A stretch of 64,000 nt of DNA from contig NC_068982.1 in the NCBI RefSeq assembly GCF_001194135.2, positions 119,123,784 to 119,187,783 of the forward strand. The letters are read 5' to 3'. The notes under the pieces are model-generated. The model did no database searches, was not told the DNA's origin, and worked only from the letters and a program-made list of their open reading frames with translations. The DNA is from Octopus bimaculoides (lineage: Eukaryota). Positions within the stretch are counted from its first letter, which is position 1. Every line of letters starts with the position of its first letter. A program made the translations under genes and the position numbers. This document shows positions 26,377-37,068 of this stretch, one piece after another.

Positions 26377-26466
26377 GTCCCCTGATGATCTGTTGCGGTT
26401 AAGCATCCAATTGCACTCGATATATACAATAAAGAGTTGCCGAACTACCACAAGATGAAACGTAGG
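26377..26466 (+). ncRNA. Degenerate PLE hammerhead motif
   Basis: CTGATGA 26382-26388; TCTGT...ACAAGA stem II; GAAA 26457-26460; then CGTAGG, i.e. the GAAAC[ATAT]GTAGG of 32865-32878 lacking the loop. Confidence 0.45.
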
Positions 26467-26793
26467 AAAAAATTCGATAAACTTGTGCTTAAGTTAATTT
26501 ATCCTACATTCGTTCTGCATACCATAAGCAGTAATACATCAAAGTATAGTAGTAACCAAACACTATAATGCTGGAAAGGTATGCGTGTGTGCCTGTGTGT
26601 ATGTATGCATATATTTATATATGTGTATATATATNNNNNNNNNNNNNNNNNNNNNNNNNNNNNNNNNNNNNNNNNNNNNNNNNNNNNNNNNNNNNNNNNN
26701 NNNNNNNNNNNNNNNNNNNNNNNNNNNNNNNNNNNNNNNNNNNNNNNNNNNNNNNNNNNNNNNNNNNNNNNNNNNNNNNNNNNNNNNNNNNNN

Positions 26794-26838
<45 letters not shown>

Positions 26839-27312
26839 GTATGCATGTATGTATGTATGTGATGCTTCAGATTTCTTCTCGTCAGCTTACACCAACAAGG
26901 AGTTTGTTAGCAAGGAGCTACTCGAAAAACCCGCGCAGTAGAGTCGACGCTAGAACAAAACGGGCTTAAAGCGAGCGTCTTAACCACATTGCCATATCTC
27001 GTTATGTTCTCGTTAGAAGTATAGTTAATCATGTTGACGCTATGTGACTGAAAGACTGTCATGTGATAATGAATAAATTGAATTGAAGCTACGTAACACA
27101 ACAATGAAATGGAATATCAAGCGTTGATTACTATCCTATATCATAGTTCATATAACAACAATCAGCTTCTCATTTAATCTATCACGAGTACCATGTCTAC
27201 TATCTTACAATATATTCTTATTTTAAAGTTGCAATAATTTTGTTACTTTTACAGCATAATTTTCAAGTAATTGATGTTATTAAGTATGGGTATAAGAGTA
27301 TCTCGGTTCTAG

Positions 27313-27402
27313 ACTTTTAGTCATACTCAGTCTTTCAAGTCTGTTAATGACATATGTGAGACCCTAAAGTATGCACATTTAGCAAGTAGAAAAGTCCACC
27401 AA
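27313..27402 (+). CDS. Candidate penultimate exon of the Sin1/MAPKAP1-like gene
   Basis: Acceptor tctcggttctag, donor CAA|gttatt, phase 0/0. Reads TFSHTQSFKSVNDICETLKYAHLASRKVHQ, versus recalled Sin1 [29 protein letters not shown]. Confidence 0.4.
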
Positions 27403-27899
27403 GTTATTTTCCATCAGCTATTTCGTTGATAAATGTAATCACTGTCACTACATTCCTTCTATTTCTATATATGTACAGTTTTAAAATCTTATCACTGATT
27501 AGAGACAAGGTTATTAATACGGTAAAATGCCTGTCACTTTACAGATATCTATTCTCAGTCGTCGTCTACATTATATTGCCGAAACTTCAATTAATTGATT
27601 TTATTGGATTCGTCTCCTTTCTTTGTGCTCCGATATTTAGAGATGTCTGGAGAGTTTTGTCTACTGACAGCTTGAACAATATCAGTTATTCGATGTTTTT
27701 AATTTCAATATGTTATATATGTCAAACCCTATCCTATACGGATATGTTTTTTTTTTCTTGTGAAAATGAATGAAGACAGTACGATCATTATCAAAAATGT
27801 AGTTACTAAAAGTAAAAATACACTAATTCTAATAGTATAAGTCAAGTAAAATTTGGTGGAATATTAATTACAAAGAGGCAATTTTAGTGTTTTTCTTAG

Positions 27900-28079
27900 A
27901 TCCTTCATGCAGTAAGCACCAATAGAGAAGATGCTTTCTCTCGTTATCATTATGAAGGAGAATTGGCTAGGAAACAGAAAGCAAAAAAGAAAATAAATCT
28001 AATAAACATGCCACAATATTATGCCTTAAGGGAAAGACCGTTAATGCTGGCATCAACTTCTGTTCCTGCACCAGAGTGA
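27900..28079 (+). CDS. Candidate terminal exon of the Sin1/MAPKAP1-like gene
   Basis: Acceptor gtgtttttcttag with the frame opening exactly at it. 59 codons: ILHAVSTNREDAFSRYHYEGELARKQKAKKK...PAPE*, versus recalled Sin1 [26 protein letters not shown] at 28306-28311. Confidence 0.5.
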   Translation: MLHAVSTNREDAFSRYHYEGELARKQKAKKKINLINMPQYYALRERPLMLASTSVPAPE

Positions 28080-29050
28080 TTGTTGGAAAGCTGTCCTGAG
28101 CACAAGCCAAATAGGTTTTAAAACGTAACTCACGCTCCAATAGACGCTGGAGCGTCAGCACCTTCATTCGACCATTTATTTTTAAGAAGCCAGGTTCTAT
28201 CGACAAAAATATTTCCCAAAAATAAGTTAAGTATAAACATGAGACCAATACACTTTGGTATACGTGAGCATATATTTTCTGTATGTCTACATACACTTAA
28301 ATCTAAATAAAGATATCTGTGTGAACAAACACACACACACATACACACACACTCACATGTACATATAGTTCAAGTTTATAGGAAAACAAAGACGAAGACA
28401 GGTGTAGGAACAACAAGCAAATGTATTAGTTTGACGCTCGGGAAAAATGGAAAAGTCTTTTTACATTTCGAGCCTATTCTATTAGACAGAAAGGAATAAG
28501 AGGAAATAAATAGTTCAGTGGTCCAGCATGGCGATAATTGGAGAAAAAGTGGCTGAATAAAGGGAGATAATAATACGGTAATAATAATGAAAATTAGGGG
28601 AGATAATTCATGGTCATCCCAACAAGACGAGGTGCGCTTACGTTTATGTGTATGTGAGAATGGTGTGTGTGAGTGTTTTAGTGCGTATGCATGAATGGGG
28701 ACGAGTGAGTTTGGCGTGTGTTCGTGTGTGACGCGTGTGTGTGTGTGTGTGTTGTGTGCAGCAGTTGATGTGTGCTTTTTCACATGGTGTGTGCACATGT
28801 GTATGTGTGTGTGTGTTCCACTGAGACCAAATAGTGTGCATTTATATAGTGTCTGTGTGCGGATGAAAAGTATCTTTGTCAATGTATGTTGGGTGTGTTT
28901 ATGCGTGTGTGCGCGTGTGTGTGTGCGTGTGCGTGTGCGTGTTTGTGTATGTCTATGTGTGTGTGTGGATAAAATCGTTCAGTTGTTCTTAAGTCCGAAA
29001 AAAATGCATGGTATTTTATATGTTTTAAGCAACAATATTTTATGTCGGCA

Positions 29051-29272
29051 AGGCGGAGAAATAGCAGAATCCTTAGCACGTTGGATGAAATGATTAGCGG
29101 TATTTCATCCGTCTTCATGTTCTGAGTTCAAATTCCGACGAGGGTAACTTTGTATTTCATTCTTTCAGGGACGAAAACATACGGAACACAATCAGTTGAC
29201 TACTGAAGTCGATGTAATCGATTTACCACCTTCCTCAAAATCCTTGGCCTTGTACCAAAACCTAAGATCAAT
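29051..29272 (+). mobile_element. OK-like SINE
   Basis: aggcggagaaatagcagaatcc...gttctgagttcaaattccgacgag...gccttgtaccaaaa. Confidence 0.88.
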
Positions 29273-29326
29273 AGTCGTTGAAATCAAAAGTCTTTGCTTA
29301 GGTCTAGCCATAACCATTGACTACAT

Positions 29327-29358
<32 letters not shown>

Positions 29359-29666
29359 NNNNNNNNNNNNNNNNNNNNNNNNNNNNNNNNNNNNNNNNNN
29401 NNNNNNNNNNNNNNNNNNNNNNNNNNNNNNNNNNNNNNNNNNNNNNNNNNNNNNNNNNNNNNNNNNNNNNNNNNNNNNNNNNNNNNNNNNNNNNNNNNNN
29501 NNNNNNNNNNNNNNNNNNNNNNNNNNNNNNNNNNNNNNNNNNNNNNNNNNNNNNNNNNNNNNNNNNNNNNNNNNNNNNNNNNNNNNNNNNNNNNNNNNNN
29601 NNNNNNNNNNNNNNNNNNNNNNNNNNNNNNNNNNNNNNNNNNNNNNNNNNNNNNNNNNNNNNNNNN

Positions 29667-29700
<34 letters not shown>

Positions 29701-29789
29701 GACCATAGGTGTGCGTATACGCGTGTATCTAGTTGCATGTATTTGCCATATACTTGGAAGTTAGTGCGTGAGCCTGTATGTATATGTCT

Positions 29790-30036
29790 TCCTCTCTTTC
29801 TCGTCCCACCATACCCACCTTCCCCTCTCTCACATCCACCTTCCCTCTCTTATACCCACCTTCTCTCCTCTCTTCCTCTCTTTCTCTCCCCTCCTATACC
29901 CACCTTCCCCACTCTTACATCCACCTTCCCCTTCCCCCTTCATCGTCAACACCCCCTCATAAGCTCATCCCACCGCACCCCAACACACTCCTACTCTACC
30001 TTCCCACTCCACCTCATCCAATTCCTTACACCCACC
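29790..30036. repeat. C/T-rich imperfect minisatellite (core a(c/t)ccaccttccc) running into a gap
   Basis: Repeated cccaccttcccc/atccaccttccc units about 20 bp apart. Confidence 0.8.
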
Positions 30037-31039
30037 NNNNNNNNNNNNNNNNNNNNNNNNNNNNNNNNNNNNNNNNNNNNNNNNNNNNNNNNNNNNNNNN
30101 NNNNNNNNNNNNNNNNNNNNNNNNNNNNNNNNNNNNNNNNNNNNNNNNNNNNNNNNNNNNNNNNNNNNNNNNNNNNNNNNNNNNNNNNNNNNNNNNNNNN
30201 NNNNNNNNNNNNNNNNNNNNNNNNNNNNNNNNNNNNNNNNNNNNNNNNNNNNNNNNNNNNNNNNNNNNNNNNNNNNNNNNNNNNNNNNNNNNNNNNNNNN
30301 NNNNNNNNNNNNNNNNNNNNNNNNNNNNNNNNNNNNNNNNNNNNNNNNNNNNNNNNNNNNNNNNNNNNNNNNNNNNNNNNNNNNNNNNNNNNNNNNNNNN
30401 NNNNNNNNNNNNNNNNNNNNNNNNNNNNNNNNNNNNNNNNNNNNNNNNNNNNNNNNNNNNNNNNNNNNNNNNNNNNNNNNNNNNNNNNNNNNNNNNNNNN
30501 NNNNNNNNNNNNNNNNNNNNNNNNNNNNNNNNNNNNNNNNNNNNNNNNNNNNNNNNNNNNNNNNNNNNNNNNNNNNNNNNNNNNNNNNNNNNNNNNNNNN
30601 NNNNNNNNNNNNNNNNNNNNNNNNNNNNNNNNNNNNNNNNNNNNNNNNNNNNNNNNNNNNNNNNNNNNNNNNNNNNNNNNNNNNNNNNNNNNNNNNNNNN
30701 NNNNNNNNNNNNNNNNNNNNNNNNNNNNNNNNNNNNNNNNNNNNNNNNNNNNNNNNNNNNNNNNNNNNNNNNNNNNNNNNNNNNNNNNNNNNNNNNNNNN
30801 NNNNNNNNNNNNNNNNNNNNNNNNNNNNNNNNNNNNNNNNNNNNNNNNNNNNNNNNNNNNNNNNNNNNNNNNNNNNNNNNNNNNNNNNNNNNNNNNNNNN
30901 NNNNNNNNNNNNNNNNNNNNNNNNNNNNNNNNNNNNNNNNNNNNNNNNNNNNNNNNNNNNNNNNNNNNNNNNNNNNNNNNNNNNNNNNNNNNNNNNNNNN
31001 NNNNNNNNNNNNNNNNNNNNNNNNNNNNNTATATATATA

Positions 31040-31430
31040 TATATATATATATGTAGCAGAGTAAGCACATAAATTCGAAACAAGGTGGACAAAATAGTAC
31101 TCGAATACCAGAGGTAGAGTAATATGCATTATTAAAAAGCAGCAAAAATATCACAAGAAACTGTTACTCAGAATTTCACGTTCCCGTTCGTCGGACAGTT
31201 CTGTATAGAAAGGAACAAATATACGGTTATAAGAAAACATACGCAATTAGTTTAATGGATACACATTCGAAAATGGTTTTCTTTCACTGGTCCGTTCAAC
31301 TAACGGTCTTTACAGTAACCGGTTACATGCAATGAACAAATTTCGGTATAAAATCATCTTATAAAATCGAAGGAAACCTTAGCCTAAATACCCAGTGTAA
31401 ATCATTATTTGTAAAATATTAATCAATACA
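31040..31430 (-). mobile_element. PLE pseudo-LTR/3' region ending in (TA)n
   Basis: Contains the hammerhead at 31158-31201 and terminates in (TA)n about 120 nt downstream of it. Confidence 0.55.
31158..31201 (-). ncRNA. Minimal type I hammerhead ribozyme with one core mutation
   Basis: Stem I GAACTGT/ACAGTTT (7 bp); core CCGACGA (U4->C); stem II ACG-GGAA-CGT; GAAA; stem III TT-CTG-AG; GUA site. Confidence 0.8.
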
Positions 31431-32752
31431 TTAAAAGTTATATCCGTTGATATATGAACTTTTTTTTTGCGAACAAGGAAATAAACAAATGGAAGACAAG
31501 ACAAGGAACATAAAGAACGACCCGTCATCAGTTGTCTGCTTTTGTTTTACTCCGAATTTCGAGCAATTCACGACAAGATACACCTTCAACAAAACAGTTG
31601 CTCCCGCAAAGCACATTAAATAAAATTTGGGATTTTACAGAGGGTGAAAGTTGTGAAAGTTGTTGACAAAAACAGGACAGTTTAATGAAACATGAAGGGC
31701 TGCTAAGCCTAAAGTTGTGAAGTGGTGAACGCTGGAAGAACAAGCTCTGACAGGAGACAGAGGAGAAAGTGTTTGTGGCTGAACTGAAGGAATGAAAAAA
31801 ACTCAAGTTCAGAAAAAAGAAAGATGGCTTATGGTCACGTGTGATCAACGAGACACTAAACATACAAACGCATGTGCATAGCAACATACTTATACATAAA
31901 TATATATACAAATGCACATATATATATATAAATAAATGTACGCACACATATGCACGCGCAGAAAATCTCCTGACGTATGCTTATACAGGTTAATTGTTAG
32001 AGGCGAAAGAAAAGGAAGGGAAAAATCAGAAAATATTAAGCATGGTTGGGACGTAGAAAACAGTGGAGGAGAAGAAATAAAAGAATGAGAAAGAGAAGAC
32101 TAACGAGACAAAGCGGGGAAATAGACAGGGGCAGAGAATGACATTATGACGCTCGAAAGTAACCGACGGTAATTAGATACTTCATATAGCTTGCGCAACG
32201 AACACATAAAAACGCACATAGAAAATTACATGTATATCTACATAAGTGCAAATATACATACAAATATACACACAAATAGATACGCATACAAATATACAAA
32301 AATATGTACATGCTCACATATATAAAAGTATACACACATATGCATATACATCTGTATATGTATGCATATACATATATATATATACACACATACACGCACG
32401 CATAGTATAAGCACACACACTCATACATGCATATACATACACATACATACCTACAATACATGCATATACATAAACATATAGGGACACATATACGTCATAA
32501 CGTATATGTGCGAACTACATTAAAAAACTGTCCGGTGTCTATAATATTAAAATGTAAAAATAAGGAAATTGTACATTAATTTGATATAACATAATTAAAT
32601 ACAAGAGTAAACAATAAAAATAAACCGCTGTGAAGCCTAAGCTTAAATTTGTGAAACAGTCTTAGGGTTTCTTTAAAATGAATTTGAAATATACACTAGC
32701 GTTTCCACGCAAAATAACTATAGCGTGTAATGTCAAATTCAAATGCGATAGC

Positions 32753-32791
<39 letters not shown>

Positions 32792-32795
<4 letters not shown>

Positions 32796-32888
32796 TTTCT
32801 CTGATGAGAAGGTTACAATTTTAATATCAAAGATCCCTATGGATCACACAGGTTGTAATCCTTCGAAACATATGTAGGAATAAAGTAT
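32792..32888 (+). ncRNA. Type I hammerhead ribozyme with intact core
   Basis: CTGATGA 32801-32807; stem II GAAGGTTACAA/TTGTAATCCTTC (11 bp, one bulge, G10.1-C11.1) enclosing hairpin GATCC-CTAT-GGATC; GAAA 32865-32868; C-ATAT-G palindromic loop; GUA 32874-32876; stem I TTCT/GGAA with extension ATGCTTT/AAAGTAT. Confidence 0.85.
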
Positions 32889-35519
32889 GCAATTATAACA
32901 TGCGTTTTCTCCATTCCTTAAATTCTTATATATATATACATGTGTGTGTATGCAATATACAGACACAAAGGTATGCATATGTAGGCAGGTAGTTAGGTAG
33001 GGAGGGAAGGAGGGACGGACGGACGGACAGACGGACAGACGGAGATTGGCAGATAGATAATAGGCAGTCATGTACGCATGTCTATAAGCATTCTATCTAG
33101 TCGACAATAAATTTCGTCAAAGATGCCTACTTTTTTCTTCATTTTCCTCCTTTAGCTCTGTATTCGATCACACATAATCATCTACCCATTGTTGTCATAT
33201 TAATAGTATGTGCATTAAGTGACAAATCACCACGAATTATGTCCACTACTAAAATACTGATTAGAACTGCGAGCTCACCTGAACCTGTTATCTTGGTCGC
33301 TATATTTTATGAATATTTCCCACTGTAACTTACGTGTTCCTTTTTCCATCACCGTTGTCACTTCCACTTAAGTGGTATCTTGTCTAAGAATATTATAATA
33401 AACACGGATTCTATACAGGATTAATATTTCCTTTACAAATGCGCAATTGGTTACATAATCCGGCTTCCTTTCTCTGGAGAAATTCATGTTGCCTCTCCTC
33501 TATGATGTCAAATATTCCGAAATCACGTAGAATTTCATTTAAAATTCCATCGTAAAGAGTTGTTGAAAGTTTTTTGCTAATTGGAGGTATATGAAATTAA
33601 TCTTTGAATAATTAAACAGCTATTTCACTGCCTAATTTTATTACTTTTGTAACGATTCTCTGTAAACGAAAAACAAACTTGTGAGTCAGCATATCAGTTT
33701 ACAATTAGAACGGGATCCGTTTTTGTCTCGTGTGTTAAGTCACACTCACAGTCCTTGTAATGATATTCATCGCTACTCTACATCTTTCCCTGAGTATAGA
33801 ACATAAAAAACTTTTTTTTCAACACTGTCCCCAACCTGCCATAGGAACGGAAATGTGTGATGCCATTTTACTAGATTTGGGGAAATATTTAAGATTGCAT
33901 TGAGGTCCGATATTGACTGTCAGTGCGTTTAGACTCATTTAATATTTCCTTCTGGCAAATGGTGGTTGTTGTATTGGGTGTACTGCCACACCCAATGCTA
34001 CCCAATTTCAAACAGGGGTATAACAAATTTTTTCCTAGCACACCTGGAATACACGCCCTTGCTTTTGTGTATTTATCGAATATTTTGTTTCTCCTCTTGG
34101 AAATCTATAGCTTTCACATATTTCATTGTTGTGGGACTTAGTCACATAACATTCTCGTCCTGAAGGCGCCCTACCTATTGCCAGACGGTGCAGATGAATC
34201 GTTTATAAATAGAAAGTGTATTTCTAGAATTACTTTTTGAAATTTATATCGGCATATTTTCACTTTACGAACTCCTTCCAGCGAGTGTTTTATTTCTATT
34301 GAACTTCAACATACTTCAAGTCTAATTTTGATCATAAATACAAATGTAAAGTTGAAAAAGATGTTGAAAACTCGCGTCGAACAACACATTATCTTACATG
34401 CTATGTACAAGCCACAGCATATGTTTCCTTTTAGAAAGTGATATAATAGTTTTAAAGGTTAGGTTTCTCTTTTGAAATGTTCAACAAATTAGGATTTATC
34501 TTCAGTTTACATTTGTCTCATGAGTGAACATGCACTGCTTTTACACAAACCTTCCAGAAAAGTTATATAACACTTGAAATATGTTCGTGCTTTCTCTAGC
34601 AGTGAGTATATTGTGACTACAGTTCTTTCATCATGCTGTATCTATATGAAATTCCTGTAAATAAGTTTATTCGGTTCATATCATTTAACAGTATATTTAT
34701 GTATATTCACATGTCCTTCAGGAAATACGATATGATGCAAGTAAATGTTCAGTGGTTACAGTATATTTCGATTTAAGCGTTTCGGGAGTAAGATACCCCG
34801 TTAGAATCCTCATTATTGTAGCAAATGACACACGACGCATAACATTTTTTTTTACAATTTTACGGTATTCTTACAAACCTTACTTAATACGCCTGTCATA
34901 TAGGCAGAAGTAGTAAATTGTTTTTCCCGTTGTAGATGTGAAATTTTGTTCAAGCTACATTAAATACTATTTTGCCTTTAATATTTATTGTCAGGAGTTA
35001 AGAGATAAACACGTTTCAGTAATACAGTGCAATGAATTTCATATACTGCATCATATTATTTACTTAAGCTAACAAGGTGACTGCATTTAATCCTGAATCT
35101 GAATCTATTTGGTGCATTTTGAATGTGTATGTCTAAATATTAAACTTAAAAGAAATATACGCTCTAATGGCTTTTCTAAATATTGTTTTTGTTTAAAATT
35201 ATGGTGCCTTATAATATATAGTCGTAAATTTCTTCGGTGATACATTTTTTCTCATATCGTCGACAGAAACTCATCAATGGATTCACTTTTGTTTAGTTTT
35301 GTGAGTATTTGTATTCAGTGATATAAACATCGTCAGTTGGAGCACGACTATCATCTTCAACAACATCAACATTAATATCAGTACATTGAGTAAAAAGGAT
35401 CATAATGTACATTAAGCTTACATGAAGCACACATTGCTTGTTTCATTTTAAATAATATATTCTGGTATTAAACAAATACAAAAAATAAAAAGGAGGGAAG
35501 TTCACAAATAGCAATATTC

Positions 35520-35685
35520 CTTTCTACTACAGGCAGAAGGTATGAAATTTATGGTGTTTAATCTGTTACATCGACCCCAGTGCGCAACTAGTCGATCCCG
35601 AAAGGATGAAAAGCAAAGTCAAACTCGGCAGACGAAATGCCGCTAAGCATTTTGCCTGAGGTACTAATGTTCCTTTTCGCTCGCA
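35520..35685 (-). mobile_element. OK-like SINE with internal deletions
   Basis: Family motifs tacatcgaccccagt, cccgaaaggatgaaa, gacgaaatgccgctaagcattttgcc. Confidence 0.85.
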
Positions 35686-35702
35686 GGCGCAACTCAAATA
35701 CT

Positions 35703-35913
35703 AATATTGGTCTCAAATTTTAGCACAGGGCTAGTAATTTCAGTGGAGTTGCTAAAATGATTACATCGACCCTAGTATTCAAATTATGCTTATGTTATCG
35801 ACGCCGACAGGGTGTGAAGCAAGTCGATCCCGGTAGCATTTGATGTCAGAAGGTTAAGTCGGAAGAAATGCATTTTGCTCAGCGCGGTAATTATTCTGTC
35901 AGCTTGCGACCTT
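35703..35913 (-). mobile_element. OK-like SINE (diverged)
   Basis: ttggtctcaaattttagcacagggctag...attacatcgaccc...ttctgtcagcttgcgacctt. Confidence 0.8.
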
Positions 35914-36851
35914 AACGAAAATAGTAATTCATGTTTTTCGTGTAATTTAACTCGACTAATAATCTATAGAAGCTTAAAATTTAACGGGTTATAAGGATAT
36001 AGTGGTGAACGTTTGCTGGACTATTTCATAAATACTACACTGCCTACTGAGGCTAGTTGAAATAAATACTTCAAAATATAGTTCTCATATTTATCCGTCA
36101 GATAAATTCGTAATTTCTTAAATTTAATAACTGCATTTTCTGAAATGATAAATAGATTGAAGTTAGATAAATATCTTTATTCATATATCTTATATTAATA
36201 CTTAAATCTAATCACGAATGTGTCAGTCCCGCATTTCTCCTTAAACAAAATACAGTTATTCCATCTATTATCTCTACCTCTCCCTCTGTTTTTCAATCTT
36301 ATTGTTTGTATATACATACACACATATGTACATATATACGTATAAATACACATATACACACCACACTCATAATTAGGCACACACATATATATCATTCACA
36401 TGCTTAAGAAATATGTATTTTGTGTCGCTATCGTAACATCTATAGTAAAATCGTATATTTTCTATATCTTTGAATGAATAAGGGATAAATTAGTTTTGTC
36501 AGTCATTAGAAATACATTAGGAACTGCTTACCACTTTCTTCGATGCTGAGAAAAGGATGAAACATAAATTACATATTTAATACCACTATCAGGTTTTGTT
36601 TTACTTTGTACTTTATTTCAATTGTGTTAATTTTCTTTTTAACGAGTCTTAGATATTTTCCTCTGGAGTTTACACAATATCTTCTCTTCAAATGAAGAAA
36701 AATTTCGCTTGTATGAATGCCAACATAGTCACTAACAATACATGTGTGCAACAGCTTAAATTGCCATATGTGAACAGGTATTTAATGTTTGTGAAATTTG
36801 TCGTCCGTTTTAAATCTGTCCTTGTATGCAGTTAAAGGACTATAGAATAAT

Positions 36852-37068
36852 CCTTTCTAATAAAGGCACAAGTCTTGAAATTATGTGTGGAGGAGACTAG
36901 TCGATTACATACACCCTAGTGTTTCGTTGGTATACTTAATACATCGAGCCCGATAGGATGAAAGGTAAACTTGACCTCGGCGGAATTCGAACTGAGAACG
37001 TAGCGACGGGCGAAATACGATACGGGCGAAATACGACGGGCGAATAACGATTCTGCATGCTCGCCCCA
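36852..37068 (-). mobile_element. OK-like SINE with an internal triplication
   Basis: Family sequence; acgggcgaaatacg-like unit three times at 37006-37049. Confidence 0.88.

Noticed and set aside
27255-27312. Stronger acceptor upstream of exon 27313 (IIFK look-alike)
   Set aside because: Two in-frame stops; it is only usable with a frameshift.
34420-34505. Minus-strand CTGAAGA plus GAAACATATG
   Set aside because: No stem II and no NUH site.
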